NCBI GenBank assembly: GCA_035499145.1
Contig: DATJZK010000003.1
Coordinates: forward strand, 1-51,820
DNA: 51,820 bases
Direction: 5' to 3'
Origin: Thermoplasmata archaeon
GTDB lineage: Archaea > Thermoplasmatota > Thermoplasmata > Lutacidiplasmatales > UBA184
The notes under the pieces were generated by a model, which was not told where the DNA came from, did not search any database, and saw only the letters and a program-made list of their open reading frames with translations. A program made the translations under genes and the position numbers. Of this stretch, positions 17,998-24,094 are shown piece by piece; the first letter of the stretch is position 1, and the number at the start of each line of letters is the position of its first letter.

Positions 17998-19188
17998 GTG
18001 GTCCAGGACCGCACCACCGACGTCCTCGTCATCGGCGCCGGCCCGGCCGGCAGCATGACGGCGAAGTGGGCGGCGAAGAAGGGCGCCCGCGTCGTGATGA
18101 TCGAGAAGCGGCAGGAGATCGGCAGTCCGGTCCGCTGCGGCGAGGGGATGAGCAAGGACTGGCTCGCCGACGTCGGGATCAAGCCCGGCCGCTGGATCAA
18201 CCTCGAGGTCGAGGGGGCCCGCATCTACTCGCCGAGCGAGAAGGTCTTCGAGATCAACGAGAAGCACGCGGGGAACGAGGTCGGCTTCGTCGTCGAGCGC
18301 GACGAGTTCGACAAGCAGCTCGCGATCGACGCGGCGAACGCCGGGGTCGAGATCCTCCTCAAGACCGCGGCCGTCTCGGTGCTGAAGGAGCACGGGAAGG
18401 TCGTCGGCGCGAAGGTGAAGCAGTTCGGCGAGACCTACGAGTTCCGGGCGCCGATCACGATCGGCGCGGACGGCTTCGAGAGCCAGGTCGGACGCTGGGC
18501 CGGCCTCCCGACGAACATCGCGACCCGCGACATGGACACGTGCCTGCAGTACCGCATGACGAACGTCGACTGCGACGTCCGCTACTGCGACTTCTTCCTC
18601 GGGAAGGTCGCCCCGGGCGGCTACGTCTGGGTCTTCCCGAAGGGCGAAGGGCTCGCGAACGTCGGGATCGGCGTCCAGGTGAGCCAGGTGACGAGCCCCG
18701 CCGACGCGCGGACGTACCTCGACCGGTGGATCGACAAGCACCCCGGCTACGCGAAGGGGAAGAAGATCGACATGGTCGGCGGCGGCGTCTCGATCTCCCC
18801 GCCGCTCCGGCAGACCGCCGCGGACGGCGTGATGATCGTGGGGGACGCGGCGCGGATGATCGACCCGCTGACCGGCGGCGGCATCGCGAACGGATGCATC
18901 GCCGGGAAGATCTGCGGGACGGTCGCGGCCGAGGCCGTCCAGACCGGGGACGTCTCGAAGGAGTTCCTGCAGCGGTACGAGAAGGGCTGGCGGGCCCGGC
19001 TCGAAGAGAAGCTGTACCGCAACTGGCTCGCGAAGGAGAAGCTCGTCACGCTGAGCGACGAGGTCTTCGACAAGATCGTCGACGCGCTCACCGGCGTCCG
19101 GCTCGAGAAGCTCAACGTCCACAACATCCTGAAGGCCGTCCACTCGAAGTATCCCGAGGTGACGAAGGAGTTCGAGGCGTTCCTCTGA
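17998..19188 (+). CDS. geranylgeranyl reductase family protein (digeranylgeranylglycerophospholipid reductase-like)
   Basis: FAD motif DVLVIGAGPAGS, RCGEG, GDAARMIDPLTGGGI. Immediately downstream of a ferredoxin, an arrangement known for archaeal GGRs. Confidence 0.85.
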   Translation: MVQDRTTDVLVIGAGPAGSMTAKWAAKKGARVVMIEKRQEIGSPVRCGEGMSKDWLADVGIKPGRWINLEVEGARIYSPSEKVFEINEKHAGNEVGFVVERDEFDKQLAIDAANAGVEILLKTAAVSVLKEHGKVVGAKVKQFGETYEFRAPITIGADGFESQVGRWAGLPTNIATRDMDTCLQYRMTNVDCDVRYCDFFLGKVAPGGYVWVFPKGEGLANVGIGVQVSQVTSPADARTYLDRWIDKHPGYAKGKKIDMVGGGVSISPPLRQTAADGVMIVGDAARMIDPLTGGGIANGCIAGKICGTVAAEAVQTGDVSKEFLQRYEKGWRARLEEKLYRNWLAKEKLVTLSDEVFDKIVDALTGVRLEKLNVHNILKAVHSKYPEVTKEFEAFL

Positions 19189-19207
19189 ACGCCCCGCCCT
19201 CCCCCCT

Positions 19208-19837
19208 GTGCCCGGCGCCCCGAACCGCCCGCCCGAACGGACGGAGGAGCCGGCCCCGGCGCCCCCCGCCCCGACGCCCCCCGAGCGCCTCGCGCTCCGA
19301 CGCCTCGTCCCGTCGCACGTCGCGCTCCTGCTCGACTCGTGGAAGGGCGGCCCCGCGCCCGAGCTGATGCAGCCGTTCGAGAAGGCGGAGGCGGCGTACC
19401 GCGCGGGCGACTACGCGGGCGCCCTGAGCGCGCTCGACCTCCTGTCGATCCGGTTCGCCGAGCCCCGCTGGCCGTCGCTGCCGGCCCCGTTCCGCGAGCT
19501 GCGCGTGCCGATCCCGGCGCCGATGCCGCCGCACTGGAACCCCGAGCACGGCCTCGCGGCCGAGGAGCGGGAGGCGCGCCGCGCCCGCCGGACGGCGGAG
19601 GAGCAGCTGGCGCTCGCCGACGGGGCGGCGGCGTGGGCGAGCGGCCACGGCGTCCCCGCCGACGACCTGCGGGCGCACCTCGCGACCGCGCGCAGCGCGC
19701 TCGCCGGCCCGGGGGTCCCTCCCGAGTTCTACGGGGCGCTCGACCCGTTCTGGAGCGCGCTCGTCGGGCGCCTCCCCCGCCCGCGCCGGGCCGGGGCCGT
19801 GCCCGCACCGGCCGCGGACGCGCCGGGCGACGCGTGA
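19208..19837 (+). CDS. hypothetical protein (Pro-rich N-terminus, helical body)
   Basis: Strong third-position GC bias. The GTG start is 19 nt after the GGR stop with no AT island between them. No family recognised. Confidence 0.45.
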   Translation: MPGAPNRPPERTEEPAPAPPAPTPPERLALRRLVPSHVALLLDSWKGGPAPELMQPFEKAEAAYRAGDYAGALSALDLLSIRFAEPRWPSLPAPFRELRVPIPAPMPPHWNPEHGLAAEEREARRARRTAEEQLALADGAAAWASGHGVPADDLRAHLATARSALAGPGVPPEFYGALDPFWSALVGRLPRPRRAGAVPAPAADAPGDA

Positions 19838-20175
19838 CGGACGACGAATCGTCGCGCCCGCCTCGTCGGGTCCGGCGGGGGGAGGGCGAGGTCACGCAAT
19901 GGCCGCGAGGGCTCGTCGACTACGTGCCCGCGCGGACCGCGGAGGCGGTCCCCGATCCCGAGGAGGACCGGTTGCGCAACCGACTCCTCCTCGCGGCGCG
20001 CCTCGCGGGGATCCTCGAGCGTCGGGGCGTGAACGTCGAAGCGCTGCGCGCCGACCTGCGGTCGGCCGAGGCGGCGCGCGAACGCGGGGACCGGGACGGG
20101 GCGCTCGCGGCCGCCGACCGGCTTCTCGCGGCCCTCGACCGGGCGCTCGCCGACGCCGACCGCGCCCGCTCCTAA
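19834..20175 (+). CDS. hypothetical helical protein (113 aa)
   Basis: GTGA overlap with the preceding stop (19834-19837). Predicted helical and charged (LRADLRSAEAARERGDRDGALAAADRLLAALDRAL). The start is uncertain. Confidence 0.35.
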   Translation: MTDDESSRPPRRVRRGEGEVTQWPRGLVDYVPARTAEAVPDPEEDRLRNRLLLAARLAGILERRGVNVEALRADLRSAEAARERGDRDGALAAADRLLAALDRALADADRARS

Positions 20176-20186
20176 CCTCTTAAGCC
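20176..20186 (+). promoter_or_regulatory. TATA-like element containing palindromic CTTAAG
   Basis: cctcttaagcc, 22-26 nt upstream of the ATG at 20206. The same CTTAAG core recurs at 30316 and 33923 in promoter positions. Confidence 0.4.
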
Positions 20187-20205
20187 GGTCGCCCTTCGGG
20201 CGCGC

Positions 20206-21204
20206 ATGCCCCCGCCCCGCTTCGGGACGTTCTCGATCGTCGCCTACGATGCCGAGCGGAAGGCGTGGGGGGTCGCCGTCCAGTCGAAGTTCATCGCCGT
20301 CGGGGCGGTCGTCCCGTACGCCGAGGCCGGGGTCGGCGCCGTCGCGACGCAGGCGCTCGCGAACCCCGCGTACGGCCCCCAGGGCCTCGCGCTCCTGCGC
20401 GAGGGTCGACCGGCGGAGGAGGTCGTGCGCCGCCTCACCGGCGACGACCCGGGTCGGGACGAGCGGCAGCTCGGGGTCGTCGACGCGAAGGGGCGCGCGG
20501 CGTCGTTCACCGGAGCGAAGTGCATGGAGTGGGCCGGCCACGAGGTCGGCGACGGCTTCGCCTGCCAGGGGAACATCCTGTTCGGACCGGCCGTCGTGCG
20601 GGCGATGGCCCGGACGTACGAGTCGACCCCCGGCGACCTGTTGGACAAGCTCCTCGCGGCGCTCGCCGCGGGCCAGCGGGAAGGCGGGGACCGCCGGGGG
20701 ATGCAGTCGGCCGCGATCCTCGCGAGCCGTGCCGGCGGCGGCTACGGGGGCAGCGACCGGTGGGTCGACGTGCGCGTCGACGACCACCCGTCCCCGATCG
20801 AGGAGCTGCGCCGGGTGTTCCGGCTGTACGACCTCACGATGCTCTCCCGGGAGGACCCGGCGACCGTACGGCGGATCGAGGGCGAGACGGCGGCGGCGCT
20901 GCAGCACGACCTCTCCGTCCTCGGCTACTACTCCGGCCGTCTGACCGGGCGGTGGGACGCCGTCAGCCAGGCGGCGTTCGTCCGGTTCATCGGCGAGCAC
21001 AACTTCGAGGCGAAGCAGCGCGACGACGGCACGGTCTGGCCGTCGATCCTGGCGTACCTCCGCGAGCGGGCCGCGGCGGAGACCGCGCGCCGGACGCGGA
21101 CGGCCCCGATCGTGCCGGGCGCGCTCGATCGCGGCCCGGGCGCCGCGGCGCCGGGAGGGTCCCCATCGGCGCCGACCGAACCGAAGCGCCGGGCGTCGAG
21201 CTGA
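20206..21204 (+). CDS. DUF1028 (Ntn-hydrolase-like) protein with C-terminal peptidoglycan-binding-like repeat
   Basis: N-terminus FGTFSIVAYDAERKAWGVAVQSKFIAVGAVVPYAEAGVGAVATQA is typical of DUF1028. The C-terminal AALQHDLSVLGYYSGRLTGRWDAVSQAAFVRFIGEHNFE fits the PG_binding_1 pattern. Confidence 0.7.
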   Translation: MPPPRFGTFSIVAYDAERKAWGVAVQSKFIAVGAVVPYAEAGVGAVATQALANPAYGPQGLALLREGRPAEEVVRRLTGDDPGRDERQLGVVDAKGRAASFTGAKCMEWAGHEVGDGFACQGNILFGPAVVRAMARTYESTPGDLLDKLLAALAAGQREGGDRRGMQSAAILASRAGGGYGGSDRWVDVRVDDHPSPIEELRRVFRLYDLTMLSREDPATVRRIEGETAAALQHDLSVLGYYSGRLTGRWDAVSQAAFVRFIGEHNFEAKQRDDGTVWPSILAYLRERAAAETARRTRTAPIVPGALDRGPGAAAPGGSPSAPTEPKRRASS

Positions 21205-21443
21205 CGGTCGTCGTCCGGCGTCGCTGCGCGTCGCCGGCCGAGGCCGAAGCGCTCCGGCGGGCGGTCCAGGTCGACACGCCCGACTTCGTCCGGATCGCCA
21301 CGCGCGGGGCGGAGCTCGAGATCGCGCTGAGCGCGACGTCGGCCGCGAGCGCCCGGGCGACGCTCGAGGATCTCTTCGCCTGCCTGAAGGCCGCCGAGCG
21401 CGCGGTCGTCGGCGCGCCTCGCGGATCGTCGCCGCCGGCCTGA
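21201..21443 (+). CDS. KEOPS subunit Pcc1-like protein (80 codons); start codon unresolved
   Basis: (L)TVVVRRRCASPAEAEALRRAVQVDTPDFVRIATRGAELEIALSATSAASARATLEDLFACLKAAERAV aligns by eye with archaeal Pcc1 (..IEMEFPSEDVAKVVYEAV....LEGKKIILDIKATDSSALRGTVNSYLRWIKAA). There is no in-frame ATG, GTG or TTG within or just upstream. A CTG at 21201 overlaps the upstream TGA. Confidence 0.45.
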   Translation: MTVVVRRRCASPAEAEALRRAVQVDTPDFVRIATRGAELEIALSATSAASARATLEDLFACLKAAERAVVGAPRGSSPPA

Positions 21444-21477
21444 GCCGGGCCGCTCCGGCGCTATGTAGCGGCCCGCC

Positions 21478-22359
21478 GTGGGGCGGGCGGTGACGGGAGC
21501 CGGGGCCGCGCCGCCGCGCTCGGACGCCGGTCTCGTGCGGTACTTCGCCGGGGTCGCGATCACCGTCGTCGCGGTCCTCAGCCAGTACTACGTCCCGTAC
21601 GTCTGGCGCGCGAGCCGGGCCGTCTACGGGAGCTTCGCGGGCGACCTGCTCGTCGTCTACGGCGTCCCGATCGTCGCCTTCGCCGTCCTGGTCGGCCCGG
21701 CGCCGCTCACCGCGTGGCGCCGTCGCCTCGGCCGCGCGACGTGGGAAGGGCTCGCGTGGTACTCGGCGCTGTTCTGGCTCGGCCTCCTGCTCGTGCTCGT
21801 CCTCGTGATCGTCTACGAGATCATCGATCCGGCGGCGCTCCAGTTCCTCTCGCGGTCGAACCCCGCCCTCGCCCAGGCGAAGAGCGACCCGTGGTTCTTC
21901 GTCGGGTTCTCGTTCGTCGTCGGAGCGGTCGAGGAGGTGATCTTCCGCGGGTGGATCTTCGGCTACTGGAACGGGCGCGGGGGCTCGTGGCTCGTCCCCG
22001 CGGCGTGGACGAGCGCGGTCTTCGCCGGGGTCCACCTGTACTACGGGTTCACGTACGGCCCCGCGGCGCCGCTCATCTATCCGACGCTGTTCCTCGCCGG
22101 GTTCGCGTTCGCGGCGACGTACCGCCTCTCGGGCGGCAACCTCGTCGTGCCGGCCCTCCTGCACGGGCAGATGGACGCCACCGCCTTCCTGGGCGCCATC
22201 CCCGGCTGGGGCGGGATCGCCCTCGCGCTCCGGTACGGCCTCGTGCTCGTCGGCGCCGCGGTCGCGGCGGTCGGCTACTTCGCCCCGGAACGGCTCGGGA
22301 CCCCCCCGCTCGGGGACGACCCGTTCGCCGAGCCGGATCCGCCGCCCGCGCCGTCCTAG
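21478..22359 (+). CDS. CPBP family intramembrane glutamic endopeptidase (CAAX protease/Abi type)
   Basis: Motif 1 GAVEEVIFRGWIF, motif 2 SAVFAGVHLYY, motif 3 VPALLHGQMD. Polytopic. An alternative GTG start at 21490 fits the AT island at 21458-21467 better. Confidence 0.75.
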   Translation: MGRAVTGAGAAPPRSDAGLVRYFAGVAITVVAVLSQYYVPYVWRASRAVYGSFAGDLLVVYGVPIVAFAVLVGPAPLTAWRRRLGRATWEGLAWYSALFWLGLLLVLVLVIVYEIIDPAALQFLSRSNPALAQAKSDPWFFVGFSFVVGAVEEVIFRGWIFGYWNGRGGSWLVPAAWTSAVFAGVHLYYGFTYGPAAPLIYPTLFLAGFAFAATYRLSGGNLVVPALLHGQMDATAFLGAIPGWGGIALALRYGLVLVGAAVAAVGYFAPERLGTPPLGDDPFAEPDPPPAPS

Positions 22360-22742
22360 AGCGCCGGGTCGAGGATCAGCTCGACCCACAGCCCGTCCGG
22401 ACCTTCCCAGAACTCGACGACGACCGTCCCGCGCCACCGGACCGTGTGGCGGCGGAGGGCCCCGGCCTGGCGCAGGCGTCGCCCCGCGGCGGCGATCGAG
22501 GAGACGCGCACGCCGAGGTGGTCGAGCGCCTCCCCGGCCGCGAACGGCGTGGCGAACTTCGACGCCTTCGGGTAGTGGTTCAGCTCGATCCGCTGGTGCG
22601 AGACCGGGTCCTCCATCAGGACCCAGGTACCGGCCCCGGGGACCTTCCCCCGCCGCAGCTCCCGGAGCCCGAGCCCGCGCTCCGCGAACGCGAGGGCGCG
22701 CGGAAGGTTCGTCACCCGAAGGCCGGTGTAGTCGAGGTGCAT
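22356..22742 (-). CDS. VOC (glyoxalase/bleomycin-resistance/dioxygenase) family protein
   Basis: MHLDYTGLRVTNLPRALAFAERGLGL...LDHLGVRV matches the VOC fold pattern. Its stop shares CTAG with the convergent CPBP gene. Confidence 0.65.
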   Translation of the reverse strand: MHLDYTGLRVTNLPRALAFAERGLGLRELRRGKVPGAGTWVLMEDPVSHQRIELNHYPKASKFATPFAAGEALDHLGVRVSSIAAAGRRLRQAGALRRHTVRWRGTVVVEFWEGPDGLWVELILDPAL

Positions 22743-22831
22743 CCCCTCGGCCGAGGCCGGCGGCCTCTTAGCGGGGCGGACCCCCCCGGGCCCCCCGACA
22801 GCATCAAGAGACCGCCCCGCGTCGGCCTCTC

Positions 22832-23263
22832 GTGGTCCCGACCGACGAGGAGGTCCGCGCCCTGCTCACCCGCGCGCGCACGATCGCGATCGTCGGCCTC
22901 TCCGACAAACCCGACCGCGACTCGAACGAGGTCGCACGCTACCTGATCGGGCAGGGGTACCGGATCGTCCCCGTCAACCCGACCGTTCCCGAGATCCTCG
23001 GCGCCCGGTCGTACCCGTCGCTCTCCGCGATCCCGAGCGACGTCCGGATCGACGTCGTCGATATCTTCCGCCGGAGCGACCAGGTGCCCCCGGTGGTCGA
23101 CGAGGCGATCGCGCGCCGAGCGCCGGCCGTCTGGATGCAGCTCGGGGTCGAGCACGCCGGGGCCGCGGCCCGCGCCCGCGCGGCGGGGGCGGTCGTCCTG
23201 GAGAACCGATGCATCATGGTCGACCACCGTCGACTGAAGATCCCGCCGGTCCCCGCCGGGTGA
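22832..23263 (+). CDS. CoA-binding domain protein (YccU-like)
   Basis: LLTRARTIAIVGLSDKPDRDSNEVARYLIGQGYRIVPVNP...AVWMQLG matches the CoA_binding_2 pattern. Confidence 0.8.
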   Translation: MVPTDEEVRALLTRARTIAIVGLSDKPDRDSNEVARYLIGQGYRIVPVNPTVPEILGARSYPSLSAIPSDVRIDVVDIFRRSDQVPPVVDEAIARRAPAVWMQLGVEHAGAAARARAAGAVVLENRCIMVDHRRLKIPPVPAG

Positions 23264-24045
23264 ACGTCGTGTCGGCCGTTCCCGCCCCCCCGGTCGCGGC
23301 CGCCGCGGCGGGCTCCCGCGGGCCCGCGGTCGTCGATCGCGGGGTCGTCCGCCACGACCGGGTCGATGCGGTGCGCTGGTCGACCCGGGGGACGGTCAAG
23401 GTGGTGGGCGACGCCGTCGCCGACGAGGTCGTGCTCGCCGGGGTCGTCGCCATCGGGGGTGCCCTCCGGGCCCAGCGGGTCGATCTGCGCGGCGAGCTCC
23501 AGGTCCACGGCCCGGTCGACGTCGCGGGGGCGATCTCGGGGCGACAGGAGCTCCTCGCGACCGCCGGGGTCCACGCGGGGGAGGTCGATCTCCGCGGAAC
23601 GATCGGCGTGCGCGGGGTTCTCACCGTCGACGGACGCGCGAGCCTCGTGGGCCGGATCCACCTCGCCTCGGCCTCGGTCGGGCTGGGCCGGCTCGAGGGC
23701 GTTGTGGAGATCGACGACCGGATCGGAGGGCCCCGGATCGACGCGGTCCTTCGGACCGGTTCCCGTATCGGCTCGATCGTCGCGAAGGAGCTGGTCGTGC
23801 GGGGGCCGGTGCGCTCGGTCGTCGACCGGGCGTTCGGCCGCACCCCGGAGGCGTCGATCGACCGGATCGAAGGGGACCGGGTGTCGATCACGGGCGTCGA
23901 CGTGGCGCTCGTCCGCGCGCCGGAGGTGCGGATCGGCCCGGGGTGCCACGTCGTGGCGGTCGAGGGCCGGATCGTCGCCGCCCACCCGAGCAGCCGCGTC
24001 GGACCCGAGTCCCGCTCGCCGCCGCCGTACGGGCTCCGCCGGTAG
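23260..24045 (+). CDS. bactofilin-like polymer-forming cytoskeletal protein
   Basis: Repetitive V/G/D/R beta-helix-type sequence (VKVVGDAVADEVVLAGVVAIGGALRAQRVDLRGELQVHGPVDVAGAISG...). High GC3. GTGA overlap with the CoA-binding gene stop. The antisense alternative ORF is low-complexity. Confidence 0.55.
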   Translation: MNVVSAVPAPPVAAAAAGSRGPAVVDRGVVRHDRVDAVRWSTRGTVKVVGDAVADEVVLAGVVAIGGALRAQRVDLRGELQVHGPVDVAGAISGRQELLATAGVHAGEVDLRGTIGVRGVLTVDGRASLVGRIHLASASVGLGRLEGVVEIDDRIGGPRIDAVLRTGSRIGSIVAKELVVRGPVRSVVDRAFGRTPEASIDRIEGDRVSITGVDVALVRAPEVRIGPGCHVVAVEGRIVAAHPSSRVGPESRSPPPYGLRR

Positions 24046-24063
24046 CGCTCCCGAGCCACGGAG

Positions 24064-24070
24064 TTTTATC
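24064..24070 (+). promoter_or_regulatory. TATA-like element (ttttatc) upstream of ileS
   Basis: 25-31 nt upstream of the ATG at 24095, consistent with a leaderless ileS mRNA. Confidence 0.5.
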
Positions 24071-24094
24071 CCGGTGCCTTCGTCCTCGTCCGCG

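Noticed and set aside
21201-21204. Reading the DUF1028 protein and the Pcc1-like ORF as one fused protein produced by programmed frameshifting
   Set aside because: No slippery heptamer is evident near the junction, and the domain combination has no rationale that I know of. It is kept only as a minor alternative under the Pcc1 finding.
19729-22437. 902-aa antisense ORF spanning several plus-strand genes. Similar cases: 23888..26440 (850 aa), 11577..13277, 827..1990, 2797..4356, 36720..38006, 14868..16097
   Set aside because: All have low-complexity R/P/G/A-rich translations. They lie opposite genes with clear family motifs, and some cross promoter gaps. Long stop-free antisense frames are expected at this GC content.
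23366-24094. 243-codon N-terminal extension of IleRS (track ORF 23366..27055)
   Set aside because: The extension is low-complexity S/R/P-rich and overlaps the bactofilin-like gene in another frame. IleRS homology begins right after the ATG at 24095, which has a TATA-like element 25-31 nt upstream.
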